The notes beneath the pieces were generated by a model, which was not told the origin of the DNA, ran no database searches, and was given only the letters and a program-made list of their open reading frames with translations. A program made the position numbers and the translations under genes. This document shows positions 37,988 to 48,982 of a stretch of 64,000 bases of DNA, piece after piece (position 1 is the first letter of the stretch; every line of letters begins with the position of its first letter). This DNA is from Novosphingobium sp. Its GTDB lineage: Bacteria; Pseudomonadota; Alphaproteobacteria; Sphingomonadales; Sphingomonadaceae. Where the stretch lies: NCBI RefSeq assembly GCF_027531025.1, contig NZ_JAPZQX010000003.1, positions 536,190-600,189 on the forward strand, in the 5' to 3' direction.

Positions 37988-39450
37988 TGGATTTCGTCCA
38001 GTCTTTCCGCCTCGCCGCTCCCGAGATCCTGTTCAGCCTTTCCGGGCTGATCCTGCTCCTGGCTTCGGCCTGGACCCGCTCCGATCGTGGGGCTCGTGTC
38101 ATCACCTGGCTGACCGTTGTCGTGCTGGTCATCGGCGGCGCAATGATCGCACCCGCTCTGGCCAACGGCGCTTCGGGCCCCGATACGCTGGCCTTTTCGG
38201 CGCTGTTCACCGCCTCGGCCTTCGCGGCCTTTGCCAAACTGCTGATCATCGCTGCGGCAGCGGCTTCGCTGGTGGTCGCGCCCGCATACTTCCAGCGGCT
38301 TGGGGCCTATCGCAACGAGTATGCCGTGCTGGTGTTGTTCGCGGTGCTGGGCATGTGCCTGATGGTCTCGTCGACCAACCTACTGACGCTCTACATCGGG
38401 CTCGAACTCAATTCGCTCGCAGCCTATGTGCTCGCCGCGTTCCTGCGCAATGATGACCGTTCGGCGGAAGCCGGGCTCAAGTACTTCGTGCTGGGCTCGC
38501 TGGCCTCGGGCATCCTGCTGTTCGGGATCAGCCTGACTTACGGCTTCGCCGGAACGATCGGTTACGACGGGATCGCTGCTGCGCTCACTGGCAAGATCTC
38601 GACCGGGGCGGTGTTCGGGCTGGTCTTCGTCTTTGCCGGTCTGGCCTTTAAGATCAGCGCCGTGCCGTTCCACATGTGGACGCCCGACGTTTACGAAGGT
38701 TCGCCCACGCCGGTCACCACCTTCTTTGCCTCGGCACCAAAGGTGGCGGCCCTCGCGCTGACGGTGATCGTCGCGATCGAGGCCTTCGGCAACCAGATTG
38801 CCGCCTGGCAGCCGATCGTGATCTTCGCCGCGCTCGCGTCGATCGTGATCGGTGCCCTGGGTGCCATCGGGCAGACCAATCTCAAGCGCCTGCTGGCCTA
38901 TTCGTCGATCAACAACGTCGGCTTCCTGCTGATCGGTCTGGCCGCCGCCACGCCCCAGGGCGTTGCCGGGATGCTGGTATACCTCGCGATCTATACCGCG
39001 ATGACCATTGGCGGCTTTGTGGCCGTGCTCATGCTCAAGGATGCCGATGGCAATCCGGTTGAGAGCCTGGCCGACATCGCCGGCCTCTCGCGCCACCGCA
39101 AGGTGCTGGCCGCATGCCTCGCCATGATCATGTTCAGCCTGGCCGGCATCCCGCCGCTGTTCGGGTTCTGGGGCAAGTTCGTGGTGTTCCAGGCTGCGGT
39201 GGAAGCCGGGAATATCTGGCTGGCCGCCATCGGGATCGCCGCCAGCGTGATCGGGGCCTTCTATTACCTCAAGGTCGTCAAGGTGATGTACTTCGACGAA
39301 CCGGCGATGAAGGCGGTGGGGCAGAGCGACTGGATGCACCAGGCCCTGCTCGGGCTGTGCGCAGTGGCGATCTCGCCGCTTGGCTACTTGCTGACCAAGC
39401 CCCTTGGCGAAATGGCGGCAACGGCGGCGGGCGTGCTGTTCATCCCCTGA
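37987..39450 (+). CDS. nuoN: NADH-quinone oxidoreductase subunit N
   Basis: EAGLKYF, FKISAVPFHMWTPDVYEG, SLAGIPPLFGFWGK. Start at ATG 37987 (TGATG overlap). Confidence 0.96.
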   Translation: MDFVQSFRLAAPEILFSLSGLILLLASAWTRSDRGARVITWLTVVVLVIGGAMIAPALANGASGPDTLAFSALFTASAFAAFAKLLIIAAAAASLVVAPAYFQRLGAYRNEYAVLVLFAVLGMCLMVSSTNLLTLYIGLELNSLAAYVLAAFLRNDDRSAEAGLKYFVLGSLASGILLFGISLTYGFAGTIGYDGIAAALTGKISTGAVFGLVFVFAGLAFKISAVPFHMWTPDVYEGSPTPVTTFFASAPKVAALALTVIVAIEAFGNQIAAWQPIVIFAALASIVIGALGAIGQTNLKRLLAYSSINNVGFLLIGLAAATPQGVAGMLVYLAIYTAMTIGGFVAVLMLKDADGNPVESLADIAGLSRHRKVLAACLAMIMFSLAGIPPLFGFWGKFVVFQAAVEAGNIWLAAIGIAASVIGAFYYLKVVKVMYFDEPAMKAVGQSDWMHQALLGLCAVAISPLGYLLTKPLGEMAATAAGVLFIP

Positions 39451-39451
39451 A

Positions 39452-40177
39452 ATGCCCCAGATCGACGTTTTCGAGGAACTCGCTTCGACGAGCACCAAGC
39501 TGTTGCGTCGCCTTGCCAGGGGTGAGGCAGTGCAGGAGGGATACTGGATCGTTGCCGACCGCCAGACTGCGGGGCGCGGTCGCCACGGCCGTTCGTGGTT
39601 CGATGGCGCCGGCAACTTCATGGGTTCGACCTTTGTTGGCCAGCGCGCCGGCGATCCGCCGCTCAGCACGCTGGCTCTGGTCGCCGGGCTGGCCGTGCAG
39701 TCGACGATTGACGAGCAGCTCGGTGTTGGTCGGCACGCCCTGTTGAAGTGGCCGAACGACGTGCTGGTGGATGGCGCCAAGATTGCGGGAATCCTGCTTG
39801 AAGGTGCGCCGGGCGGCGTGGTCGTGGGCATCGGCGTGAACCTGGAAGTGGCGCCCAAGGTGCTCGGCCGGGCGACCACCGCGCTCCGCAAGCTGGGCAG
39901 CACGATCAGCCGCAACCGCTTCGCCCAGCTGCTGGCCGATACCTTTGACCGCGAGGTCGAGCGCTGGCGGACCTATGGTCTTGAACCGATCCTGGGCCGC
40001 TGGCAGGCCGCCGCCCATCCGGTCGGCACGCCGTTGCTGGTGGGTGAGCCGGGTGAGGCGCAGCTGGAAGGCACCTTTGCCGGTCTGAACCCGGATGGGT
40101 CGTTGCAACTGCGCTTGGCGGATGGTGCTTTGCGTGCCATCCACGCGGGCGAGGTCAATCTCGTTGAGAGGAACTAG
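39452..40177 (+). CDS. birA: Biotin--[acetyl-CoA-carboxylase] ligase (no HTH domain)
   Basis: [19 protein letters not shown] and KIAGIL. Confidence 0.95.
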   Translation: MPQIDVFEELASTSTKLLRRLARGEAVQEGYWIVADRQTAGRGRHGRSWFDGAGNFMGSTFVGQRAGDPPLSTLALVAGLAVQSTIDEQLGVGRHALLKWPNDVLVDGAKIAGILLEGAPGGVVVGIGVNLEVAPKVLGRATTALRKLGSTISRNRFAQLLADTFDREVERWRTYGLEPILGRWQAAAHPVGTPLLVGEPGEAQLEGTFAGLNPDGSLQLRLADGALRAIHAGEVNLVERN

Positions 40178-40181
40178 GGCA

Positions 40182-40955
40182 ATGCTACTCGCGATCGATG
40201 TCGGTAACACCAACGTGGTCTTTGCCCTGTTCGAAGGTCGGGCGATCCGGCACCGCTGGCGCATCGCCACCGATCCGCGCCGCACCGGCGACGAATATGC
40301 CGTCTGGCTGATGCAGCTGCTGCACATCGAGGGGATTGAGCGCACCGCGATCAAGCGGATCATCATCTCCACCGTTGTCCCGCGCGCGCTCCACAACCTG
40401 GAAGTGCTGGCCGACAAGTATTTCGGGGTGAAGGCGCTGGTCGCCGGCATCGCGCCGGTCGATTATGGCATGGAAATCGATGTCGACGAGCCGCGCTCGC
40501 TTGGCGCAGATCGCGCGGTCAACGCAATCGGCGCCCACGCCAAGTACCCTGGCGACCTGATCGTCGTCGATTTCGGCACGGCCACCACTTTCGATGCGAT
40601 CGATTTCAACGGGGCCTACAAGGGCGGGATCATTGCGCCCGGGATCAACCTTTCGCTGGATGCCCTGGTCGGCAACACGGCCAAGCTGCCGCGCATCGCG
40701 ATCCGCAGCCCGGACAGCACCAGCGTGATCGGCCGCAATACCGAGGACCAGATGCTGATCGGCGTGTTCTGGGGGTATGTCGCGATGATGGAAGGACTGA
40801 TCGCCCGGATGCGCGCCCAGATCGGCCGCCCGGCCAAGGTGATTGCCACCGGGGGGCTTGCCATCCTGTTTGACCAGCACACCGAGATCTTCGACGCAGT
40901 CGATCCTGACCTCACGCTTGAGGGCATGGCGATCCTGGCCGAGAAGGCAGGATGA
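40182..40955 (+). CDS. coaX: Type III pantothenate kinase
   Basis: [21 protein letters not shown] and ATGG. Confidence 0.95.
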   Translation: MLLAIDVGNTNVVFALFEGRAIRHRWRIATDPRRTGDEYAVWLMQLLHIEGIERTAIKRIIISTVVPRALHNLEVLADKYFGVKALVAGIAPVDYGMEIDVDEPRSLGADRAVNAIGAHAKYPGDLIVVDFGTATTFDAIDFNGAYKGGIIAPGINLSLDALVGNTAKLPRIAIRSPDSTSVIGRNTEDQMLIGVFWGYVAMMEGLIARMRAQIGRPAKVIATGGLAILFDQHTEIFDAVDPDLTLEGMAILAEKAG

Positions 40956-42601
40956 CCGCCGCATCAGGCAAGTCTGCAGACGAACTGCTGTTCTGCGCGC
41001 TCGGTGGGTCCGGCGAGATCGGCATGAACGTCAACCTCTATGGGTATGGCGGCAAGTGGCTGATGGTCGATCTGGGGATGACCTTCGGCGCCAATGAGTA
41101 TCCCGGCACCGAGCTGGTCTTTGCCGATCTCGAATTCATCGAGGAGCGCCGCAAGGATCTGGTCGGGGTGGTGCTGACCCACGCCCATGAGGACCATATC
41201 GGCGCGGTCCCCTACTTCGCCGAAGACCTCGGCGTGCCGCTCTATGCCACGCCGTTTACCGCGCGCCTGGTGGCGGAAAAGCTGGCCGAGGCGGGGCTGA
41301 CCAGTTCGGTCGAACTGAAGGTCATCGACCATCTCGAACCCTTCCAGCTGGGACCGTTCGGGATCCGTTACGTGCCGCTGGCCCACTCGATCGCCGAAGG
41401 CAATGCGCTGGTGATCGAAACGGGGCACGGGCGGATCTTCCACACCGGTGACTGGAAGCTGGATGATGAGCCGCTGGTCGGGACCCCTGCCACGGCGGAA
41501 GAACTGACCGCACTGGGCGATACCGGCGTGCTGGCTCTGGTCTGCGATTCCACCAATGTGTTCAATCCCAACCCATCCGGCTCGGAAGGGGCCGTGCGCC
41601 GAGCGCTGCTCGATGAAGTGGCACGGCACCACGGCAAGCGCGTGCTCGTCACCACCTTTGCCTCGAACGTGGCCCGCTTGCAGACGCTGGGCGAAGTAGC
41701 GCAGGCCACCAACCGGCGGCTGTGTGTGGCCGGGCGCTCACTGGAACGCATCATCCGCACCGCCCAGGCCAGCGGCTATCTCAAGCAGCTACCCGATCTG
41801 GTCGATTTCGACACGGCGATGAACCTGCCGCGCGGTGAGGTGCTGATCCTTGCCACCGGCGGGCAGGGCGAGCCGCGCGCGGCGCTGTCGCGCATTGCCG
41901 AGGATAGCCATCCGATCGCGCTGGAGGCTGGCGATGTCGTGCTGTTCTCCAGCCGGCAGATCCCGGGCAACGAGATCGCTATCGGGCGGATCCAGAACCG
42001 TCTTGCCGCCCGGGACATCACAATCGTCACGGACCGCCAGGCTGACATTCACGTTTCCGGGCATCCGGGCCGGCCTGAGCTGGAAGCGCTCTATGGCTGG
42101 TTGCGGCCCGAAATCCTTGTGCCTGTGCATGGCGAACTGCGCCACATGCGCGAGCAGGCGCGGCTTGGCCGCAGCTGCGGGATCGCCCAGGCCGTGGTTC
42201 AGCAGAATGGCGATCTTGTCCGGCTGGCGCCAGGCAAGCCCGGCAAGGTCGGCGAGGTGCGCGCGGGCCGACTGGTGCTGGATGGCGATATCCTGATCCC
42301 AGCCGATGGCGAGGCGATCGTCATGCGCCGCCGCCTCGCGGCCAATGGCCTGCTGATCGTGGTGCTGGATGGCAAGGGCCGGGTTCATGTCGAAGGCGTC
42401 GGCCTGCCGCTGGAAGAGGATTACGATGATTTCACGGCCGAGGCGCGCGAGGATGTCGCCGCCGCCCTGGCCAAGTTAAAGGGTGGGGCGCGGCATGACC
42501 GCGAAGCGATATCGGAAGCAGCGCGCCTGGCTGCGCGGCGAGCGGCTAGCCGCTGGTCGGGCAAGAAGCCCCAGGTGCGCGTAATTCTACCGGAGCCCTG
42601 A
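40952..42601 (+). CDS. rnj: Ribonuclease J
   Basis: [36 protein letters not shown] and PVHGE. Confidence 0.94.
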   Translation: MTAASGKSADELLFCALGGSGEIGMNVNLYGYGGKWLMVDLGMTFGANEYPGTELVFADLEFIEERRKDLVGVVLTHAHEDHIGAVPYFAEDLGVPLYATPFTARLVAEKLAEAGLTSSVELKVIDHLEPFQLGPFGIRYVPLAHSIAEGNALVIETGHGRIFHTGDWKLDDEPLVGTPATAEELTALGDTGVLALVCDSTNVFNPNPSGSEGAVRRALLDEVARHHGKRVLVTTFASNVARLQTLGEVAQATNRRLCVAGRSLERIIRTAQASGYLKQLPDLVDFDTAMNLPRGEVLILATGGQGEPRAALSRIAEDSHPIALEAGDVVLFSSRQIPGNEIAIGRIQNRLAARDITIVTDRQADIHVSGHPGRPELEALYGWLRPEILVPVHGELRHMREQARLGRSCGIAQAVVQQNGDLVRLAPGKPGKVGEVRAGRLVLDGDILIPADGEAIVMRRRLAANGLLIVVLDGKGRVHVEGVGLPLEEDYDDFTAEAREDVAAALAKLKGGARHDREAISEAARLAARRAASRWSGKKPQVRVILPEP

Positions 42602-42605
42602 GACC

Positions 42606-42902
42606 ATGCAACTGACCTCGATAATCGCCATCTACGCCATGTTCTGGGTGCTGAGCGCCTTCCTGGTGATGCCCTTCGGCATCCGCACCCATCACGATAC
42701 CGGCGAAATAGCGGTAAAGGGACAGGCGGAAAGCGCACCGATCAACTTCCAGCCCCGCAAGGTGGCCTGGCGGGCCACCATCCTCGCGGCGGTGCTGTTC
42801 GGGCTCTACTATGCCAATTACGTCAATGGCTGGATCGGCCCGCAGCAACTGGACCTGACCCGCGCCATCGATAACGCCCCGGTGCTGGAACAGAAGTACT
42901 GA
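42606..42902 (+). CDS. DUF1467 family small membrane protein
   Basis: FWVLSAFLVMPFGIRT...GQAESAP; usual position after rnj. Confidence 0.8.
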   Translation: MQLTSIIAIYAMFWVLSAFLVMPFGIRTHHDTGEIAVKGQAESAPINFQPRKVAWRATILAAVLFGLYYANYVNGWIGPQQLDLTRAIDNAPVLEQKY

Positions 42903-42905
42903 AAA

Positions 42906-42933
42906 GGGCGCGGCTCCCAGCGGAACCGCGCCC
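42906..42933. terminator. Bidirectional hairpin ending the nuo-rnj transcript
   Basis: GGGCGCGG...CCGCGCCC stem between convergent genes, with an A-run on the 5' side. Confidence 0.6.
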
Positions 42934-42962
42934 CTTCAATTGCGCTCCATCAGGCTGATGGA

Positions 42963-43559
42963 TCAGCCGAGGTTGGCGCCCACCATGCAGTAGAGCATCG
43001 GCAGCGACAGCAGCAGGTTGGTGCGGCTGGCAGCCAGGGCGCGCGGTGCGGCAGCGGCCTTTTCCTCGGCCGAAGCCTCTGTCGCGCCAAGGTTGAGGAT
43101 CTTCTTCTGGGCGGGCCAGATGATGAACCACACGTTGAAGGCCATGATAATGGCCAGCCACATGCCCAGGCCGATCATGTTGATGCCATCGGCGCCGGTT
43201 CCGCCAAAGGTCAGCGCCTGGGCGCCATAGCCGTTGTGGAAGGCGATGGTCAGGCCGGTCAGCACGGTCAACAGTGCGGCGTAACGGAAGAAGAAGAACA
43301 CCTTGGGGGCGATGTGCCCGGTGATCGCGCCCTTCTGCTCAGCCGGGATGGCGGGCATGGTCGGCACCTGGACGAAGTTCAGGTAATAGAGCAGCCCGAT
43401 CCACAGGATGCCGAAGAAGGTGTGGAGCCAGCGGAACACGTCATCGCTGATTGCCTTGCCGCCTTCACCCGTCCAGCCAGTGAAAGCCATGATCACGGCG
43501 ATCGCCGCAACCAGGCCGACCGCCAGCACCAGGTGCAGGTTTCCGAAGAACTTGGCCAT
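42963..43559 (-). CDS. PuuD N-terminal (Urate_ox_N) family membrane protein, short form
   Basis: FRWLH..GILWIGLLYYLNFVQ, MAFNVWFIIWPAQKK and SRTN..LSLPML; no CxxCH motif. Confidence 0.8.
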   Translation of the reverse strand: MAKFFGNLHLVLAVGLVAAIAVIMAFTGWTGEGGKAISDDVFRWLHTFFGILWIGLLYYLNFVQVPTMPAIPAEQKGAITGHIAPKVFFFFRYAALLTVLTGLTIAFHNGYGAQALTFGGTGADGINMIGLGMWLAIIMAFNVWFIIWPAQKKILNLGATEASAEEKAAAAPRALAASRTNLLLSLPMLYCMVGANLG

Positions 43560-43690
43560 TTTCGTCCCCTATTCTCGTTGATTTTGCTTGGGCCCGCGAA
43601 TGGCGAGCAGGCGCGCTTTATCGCCCGTCATGATGGCAAAGTCACACCCTTTTTGCCACCAGATGCGCTGTCATCCCCGGCTGTGCCGGC

Positions 43691-44341
43691 TCATTCGTGC
43701 GGAGTATGCTCCAGCACGTCCTTCTTCTCGTCCAGCGCCATGCCGTGGCGCATCAGCATCGGGATCTGCGAGAAGGTGAACAGGAAGGTGGCCGGCAGGA
43801 ACACCCATAGCTTGGCCGCGATCCAGTCCCCGAACGAGAGCCAGTAGCGCAGCCCCTCGTTCACCGCGGCGAGGACCAGGAAGAACACGCCCCAGTTGCG
43901 CGACAGCTTCATCCAGCCCTCGTCGCTCAACCCTTCGAAGGCGGCCTCTAGCAGGACCTTTAGCAGCGCCTTGCCGCGCCACACCCCGACCAGCAGGACC
44001 ACGCCGAACATCAGGTAGATCGCGGTGGGCTTGACCTGAATCCAGATCGGATCTCGCAGCAAGACCGTCAGCCCTCCAAACCCGACGATCAGCAGCGTCG
44101 AAAGCCAGAGCATCGGGGAAACGTGGCCCAGCTTACACTTCGACACGGCCAGCGCGATGACCGCCGCGACCATGAAGCTGACCGTGCCGGTAATCACGGC
44201 AAGCACTTCGGCCACGCTGTTCTCGCGATCGGCCGGGGAATAATACTTGTAGACCGCAAAGAAGACGATGATCGGCCCGTAATCGACCAGGATGTTGAGC
44301 CAGCCCGACTTGGGCTTCTGGGTCTTGGGTGCTTCGGTCAT
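43691..44341 (-). CDS. yciB: Inner membrane-spanning protein YciB/IspZ
   Basis: DYGPIIVFF, FGGLTVLLRDPIWIQVKPTAIY, W.KL..NW and LMRH. Confidence 0.9.
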   Translation of the reverse strand: MTEAPKTQKPKSGWLNILVDYGPIIVFFAVYKYYSPADRENSVAEVLAVITGTVSFMVAAVIALAVSKCKLGHVSPMLWLSTLLIVGFGGLTVLLRDPIWIQVKPTAIYLMFGVVLLVGVWRGKALLKVLLEAAFEGLSDEGWMKLSRNWGVFFLVLAAVNEGLRYWLSFGDWIAAKLWVFLPATFLFTFSQIPMLMRHGMALDEKKDVLEHTPHE

Positions 44342-45267
44342 CAGGCAACTCCTGCAATCACGCGCGCAACAAGGTCTGGATCGAACGGTCGCAGGTCATC
44401 CAGCCGTTCACCTACGCCGATGGCGTGGATCGGCAGGCCATACTGTTCGGCCGCGGCAACCAGAACGCCACCGCGCGCTGTGCCGTCCAGCTTGGTCATG
44501 ATCAGGCCGGTCACGCCGGCCACTTCCTTGAAGATCTCGATCTGCTGCAGGGCGTTCTGGCCATTAGTGGCGTCAAGCACCAGCACCACATCGTGCGGCG
44601 CCTCGGGGTTGAGGCGGCCGAGCACGCGGCGGATCTTGGCCAGCTCGTCCATCAGTTCGCGCTTGTTCTGCAGGCGCCCCGCAGTGTCGACGATCAGCGC
44701 GTCGATGCCCTGGTCGGTAGCGGCCTTGACCGCGTCGAACACGATGCTGGCAGGATCGCCGCCTTCCGGACCGGTGATGATCGGCACGCCAACCCGGTCG
44801 GCCCAGACCTTCAGCTGGCCAATCGCCGCCGCCCGGAACGTGTCGCCTGCGGCCAGCATCACGCCATAGTCCAGTTCCTGGAAATAGTGCGCCAGCTTGG
44901 CGATGGTCGTCGTCTTGCCCGATCCGTTCACGCCGATCACCAGGATCACCTGCGGGCGCGGGAAGGCGACGATATCGATCGGCTTGGCGACTGGACGGAG
45001 AATCTTCGCGATTTCCTCGGCCACGGCGGCCTTGATCGCGGCCTCGTCGGCACCGCGCTCGAAGCGTTCCTCGGCCAGACGCGCGCGGATTTTCGCGGCG
45101 ACGCGCGGCCCAAGATCGGAGAGGATCAGCGCATCCTCGATCTCATCCAGCTGGTCATCATCAAGCCGGGTCTTGCTGACGATCCCGGCCAGGTTTTCGC
45201 CCAGCCGCTCGGAGGTCTTGCGCAGGCCGCCAAAGACCCGGTCGGTCCAGCTCGTTCCTTCGCTCAT
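44341..45267 (-). CDS. ftsY: Signal recognition particle receptor (NG domain only)
   Basis: GVNGSGKTTT, DTFRAAA, DTAGR, TKLDGTARGG. Confidence 0.97.
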   Translation of the reverse strand: MSEGTSWTDRVFGGLRKTSERLGENLAGIVSKTRLDDDQLDEIEDALILSDLGPRVAAKIRARLAEERFERGADEAAIKAAVAEEIAKILRPVAKPIDIVAFPRPQVILVIGVNGSGKTTTIAKLAHYFQELDYGVMLAAGDTFRAAAIGQLKVWADRVGVPIITGPEGGDPASIVFDAVKAATDQGIDALIVDTAGRLQNKRELMDELAKIRRVLGRLNPEAPHDVVLVLDATNGQNALQQIEIFKEVAGVTGLIMTKLDGTARGGVLVAAAEQYGLPIHAIGVGERLDDLRPFDPDLVARVIAGVA

Positions 45268-46436
45268 GCCAGCATGCCTTCGATGATGCGCGTGGGGGTT
45301 ACGGTCACGATTGTTCCTGCCTGGTTGCCGGGGGGCAGCTGCACCCGGGCGAAGTTGGGCGCATGGCCTGTCCCGTCGCGTTCGGCAAGTACCTCGATCG
45401 GTTGGCCGATCTGTCCCGCCAGCCAGTCCTGCCGGACTGCGGCCACTGCCGCGCGCAGCTCCGCCGCCCGGAGGCGGATATCCTGCGCAGTAATCTGCGG
45501 CATCCGCGCAGCCGGGGTGCCGGGGCGGGGGGAATAGGGAAAGACATGGCCGTGGACGATGCCAAGTTCGGCAATGATCGACAGGTTGTCGCCGTGCGCG
45601 GCGGCATCCTCGGTCGGAAAGCCGGCGATCAGGTCAGCGCCGATAGCAAGCTCGGGCCGCCGGGCCTTCAGCCAACCGACCAGTTCGATCGCATCGCGGC
45701 GCAGGTGCCGCCGCTTCATCCGCTTGAGGATCAGGTCGTTGCCGTGCTGAAGCGAGAGGTGGAGGTGCGGCATGACCCGTGCCTCGCCCCCCAGCAGTTC
45801 GCGCAAAAAGGGATCGATCTCTACCCCGTCGAGTGAAGACAACCGCAAACGGCGCAGCTCTGGAAAGGCGCTGAGGATCGCCTCGACCAGGCTGCCCAGC
45901 GACGGTTTACCGGGCAGGTCATGCCCCCACGAGGTCAGGTCGACCCCGGTCAGAACCACTTCGCGCGCGCCATGATCCAGATGGTGGGCAACCAGGCCCA
46001 GCACCTCCGCCACCGGCAGGGAGCGGCTCGGCCCGCGCCCCTGGGGGATCACGCAAAAGGTGCAGGCATGATCGCAACCGTTCTGCACGGCGATGAAGGC
46101 TCGGGTGTGGGCCGCGTGCGGCGCGCGCGGTGCCGGAGCAACGTTCCATGCGCGCGGATCAAGCTTGGCGGCATTGGCGACCAGGCCGTCCACCTCGGGC
46201 ATGGCGCCCAGCGCCGCGCGCTCCACTTCGGCCGCGCAGCCTGTCACCAGCAGCCGCGCCGTTGGCCGAGTGCGGCGGGCGCGCCGGATTGCCTGGCGGG
46301 TCTGCCTGACCGCCTCGGCCGTAACCGCGCAGCTGTTGATCACCACCAGATCGTCGGCACTGGCGAGCAAGGCGCGCAGGTCCTCGCTTTCCGACAGGTT
46401 GAGCCGGCATCCCAGGGATATCACTTCGGCCGCCAT
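45264..46436 (-). CDS. mtaB: tRNA methylthiotransferase, MtaB-like radical SAM
   Basis: LGCRLN, NSCAVT and TGCAA N-terminal Cys triad plus CDHACTFC; dapF-mtaB-ftsY context. Confidence 0.85.
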   Translation of the reverse strand: MAAEVISLGCRLNLSESEDLRALLASADDLVVINSCAVTAEAVRQTRQAIRRARRTRPTARLLVTGCAAEVERAALGAMPEVDGLVANAAKLDPRAWNVAPAPRAPHAAHTRAFIAVQNGCDHACTFCVIPQGRGPSRSLPVAEVLGLVAHHLDHGAREVVLTGVDLTSWGHDLPGKPSLGSLVEAILSAFPELRRLRLSSLDGVEIDPFLRELLGGEARVMPHLHLSLQHGNDLILKRMKRRHLRRDAIELVGWLKARRPELAIGADLIAGFPTEDAAAHGDNLSIIAELGIVHGHVFPYSPRPGTPAARMPQITAQDIRLRAAELRAAVAAVRQDWLAGQIGQPIEVLAERDGTGHAPNFARVQLPPGNQAGTIVTVTPTRIIEGMLA

Positions 46437-46437
46437 G

Positions 46438-47253
46438 TCAGGCCCCGAAATCGGCCGGATCGAAACTGCCCCGGAAACTCTCGGTTGCGGGGCCGGTCAT
46501 GGTGATGCGGTTGTCCGCGCCCCAGCCGATCAGCAAGGCGCCGCCGGGCAGGTTGACCCGAACCGTGCCGCGCGTGACCAGGCCGCGCCGCATGGCCGCC
46601 ACGGCGGTGGCACAGGCGCCAGTGCCGCAGGCGCGGGTTTCTCCCACGCCGCGTTCCCAGACCCGCAGACGGATTTCATCCGGCGAGACGATGGTGGCGA
46701 CATTGACATTGACCCGCTGCGGGAACAGCGGATCATGCTCGATCAGCGGCCCCAGCTGATCCAGCGCGATTGCGTTGGTATCGGGCACGAAGAACACCGC
46801 GTGGGGGTTGCCGACATTCACCGCAGCCGGATTTTCCAGCTCGTTCCACCCGACCGGCATGGCCAGCGTGTCGAGCGGATAGGCGAGGGGGATGGAATCC
46901 CAGTCAAACCGCGGTTCGCCCATGTCGACTGCAACGCCATCGGACTGTGGATCGGTGGCGATCAGGCCGCCCAGGGTGTCGATGGTGGCGGGCGCGCCAA
47001 GCAGCAGGCCGACCGCGCGAGAGGCATTCCCGCAAGCCTCCACCTCGCTCCCGTCGGCATTGAAGATGCGCATCCGCACCGTTGCGCGAGGGGAGGGCTC
47101 AAGCACGATCAACTGATCGCACCCGATGCCGGTCTTGCGATCGGCGATGGCAGCGGCAAGACGCGCGGTCATTTCAGGCAGAGCGCCTTCGCGGCCATCC
47201 AGCACCACGAAATCGTTGCCCAGGCCATGCATCTTGATGAACGGAACGCGCAT
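46438..47253 (-). CDS. dapF: Diaminopimelate epimerase
   Basis: KMHGLGNDF, ACGNASR, VGNPH, ERGVGETRACGTG. Confidence 0.97.
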   Translation of the reverse strand: MRVPFIKMHGLGNDFVVLDGREGALPEMTARLAAAIADRKTGIGCDQLIVLEPSPRATVRMRIFNADGSEVEACGNASRAVGLLLGAPATIDTLGGLIATDPQSDGVAVDMGEPRFDWDSIPLAYPLDTLAMPVGWNELENPAAVNVGNPHAVFFVPDTNAIALDQLGPLIEHDPLFPQRVNVNVATIVSPDEIRLRVWERGVGETRACGTGACATAVAAMRRGLVTRGTVRVNLPGGALLIGWGADNRITMTGPATESFRGSFDPADFGA

Positions 47254-47294
47254 TACCCGCGCGTCTATGCGTTGCGGCGCGGCCCGTCCAGCCT

Positions 47295-48920
47295 TCAGCC
47301 GTTACTGGCACGCAGACCGTGCGATTCCGTAACCTCGAGCCGCTCTGCCCGGGGCGGTGTCTCGAGCAGCAGGTGCAGCTGTCCGAGTTCGGCCGTGACG
47401 GCAGCGGCATCGGCCGGACGACCATAGTGATAGCCCTGGGCCTTCAGGCCATTGAAGCGTTGCAAGGCCTGCAGCACTTCCTCGTTCTCCACCCCTTCGG
47501 CGGTAACCGGCAGGCCGAGGCCCTGGCCCAGCGAGACGATCGACTGAACGATTGTGGCGCTTTCCTCGTTTTCGGGGAGCGAGGTCACGAAGCTGCGGTC
47601 GATCTTGATCCGGTCGAACGGCAGGCTGCGCAGCTGCGACAGCGAGCTGTAACCCGTGCCGAAATCGTCGAGGCTGATCCGCACGCCCTGGTTTTTCAGG
47701 CTGGTGATCATCGAGCGAACCAGGCCGATGTTCTCGTGCAGGCTGCTTTCCGTAATCTCGACCTCGAGCCGCGAGGGCGGGAAGTTTGCTTCGACCAGCA
47801 GCTTCAACAGTCGCTGGGCGAACCACGGGTCGCGCAACTGGTAGGGCGAGATATTGATTGCGAGCGTCAGGTGCGGAGCCCAGGCCTTGGCATCGCGCAA
47901 GGCCTGGCGGATCACGCATTCAGACAGATCGACGATTGCGCCGATTTCCTCGGCCACGGGAATGAACAGATCCGGACCGACCATGCCCAGCTTCGGCGAG
48001 TTCCAGCGGGCCAGCATTTCGAAGCCGACCAGTTCACCAGTCTCCAGGTCGACCTGCTTTTCGTAGAACGGCACGAATTCGCCTGCGGCGATCCCGCGGC
48101 GAATGCCCGATTCCAGTTCGCTGCGGAACCGCAGTTCGTTCTCCATGGCCGGTTCGAACCAGGCCACGGCGTTTCGGCCCGCACGTTTGGCCGAGAACAT
48201 CGCGATATCGGCCATGTGCAGCAGCTTCGTGGTGTCCACACCGTCGTTGTCGCTGCGGGCGAGGCCGGTCGAGACCGTGGTTTCGAACTCACTGCCCTGA
48301 AACTCGACCGGCTCGCGCAGAGCGGCCACGGTCTGGTGGACCAGCTGTTCCAGCTCGTCGACATGGGCCGGATCGAAGGGAATGACGCAGGCGAACTCAT
48401 CGCCGCCCATGCGGGCAAACAATGCGTCCGCAGGAAGGCTTGCCCGCAACCGTTCGGCCGTTGTCCGCAGCAACGTGTCCCCGCCGAGATGGCTGTGGAC
48501 GTCATTGATCCGCTTGAAGTTGTCGAGATCGAGCATGGCGACGACGATTGCCTTGCCGCGCGGGCCGACCAGCGCGAGCAGGTCAGCCATGGCATCGGCG
48601 ATGCTGCGGCGGTTCAGGCAGCCTGTGAGCGGGTCGGTTGCCGCCAGCAGGCGCGATTGTTCTTCCGCGCGGCGGCGTTCCTCGACCTCGCGGGTCAATT
48701 CGCGATAGCGGCGCCAGCCGAAGATCACGAGCGCGACGTTCAGCAAAAGTGCGCTGGTCAGCGTGCGGTCCGGTCCGGCCCCTTGCCCGCTCAGGGCAGC
48801 CAGCACTTGCGGGAATACCGTTCCGCCAGTGCCCACGAACATCAGGATCGCGGCTGCAGCAATGCCGAGCGCGACCACGTCACGCCGGGCTTGTTGCAAT
48901 TCGCCCTTACGGTCAGCCAT
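47295..48920 (-). CDS. Membrane-anchored GGDEF-EAL protein
   Basis: Two N-terminal TM helices, DPLTG, RMGGDEF, GFEMLARW, EITE, DDFGTGYSS, KIDRSF, AEGVE and QGY. Start at ATG 48920. Confidence 0.93.
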   Translation of the reverse strand: MADRKGELQQARRDVVALGIAAAAILMFVGTGGTVFPQVLAALSGQGAGPDRTLTSALLLNVALVIFGWRRYRELTREVEERRRAEEQSRLLAATDPLTGCLNRRSIADAMADLLALVGPRGKAIVVAMLDLDNFKRINDVHSHLGGDTLLRTTAERLRASLPADALFARMGGDEFACVIPFDPAHVDELEQLVHQTVAALREPVEFQGSEFETTVSTGLARSDNDGVDTTKLLHMADIAMFSAKRAGRNAVAWFEPAMENELRFRSELESGIRRGIAAGEFVPFYEKQVDLETGELVGFEMLARWNSPKLGMVGPDLFIPVAEEIGAIVDLSECVIRQALRDAKAWAPHLTLAINISPYQLRDPWFAQRLLKLLVEANFPPSRLEVEITESSLHENIGLVRSMITSLKNQGVRISLDDFGTGYSSLSQLRSLPFDRIKIDRSFVTSLPENEESATIVQSIVSLGQGLGLPVTAEGVENEEVLQALQRFNGLKAQGYHYGRPADAAAVTAELGQLHLLLETPPRAERLEVTESHGLRASNG

Positions 48921-48967
48921 GCTGTCCCCTGTCGCAATCCAGCGGGCTTCTGGATCGCACAAGGGAC

Positions 48968-48982
48968 TGAACAAGCTGTTAA
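48968..48982. promoter_or_regulatory. CtrA-like box upstream of the GGDEF-EAL gene
   Basis: TGAA-CAAGCTG-TTAA, one mismatch to TTAA-N7-TTAA. Confidence 0.5.

Noticed and set aside
37987-42902. nuoN-birA-coaX-rnj-DUF1467 run-through as a novel operon
   Set aside because: This order is a widespread conserved arrangement in Alphaproteobacteria.
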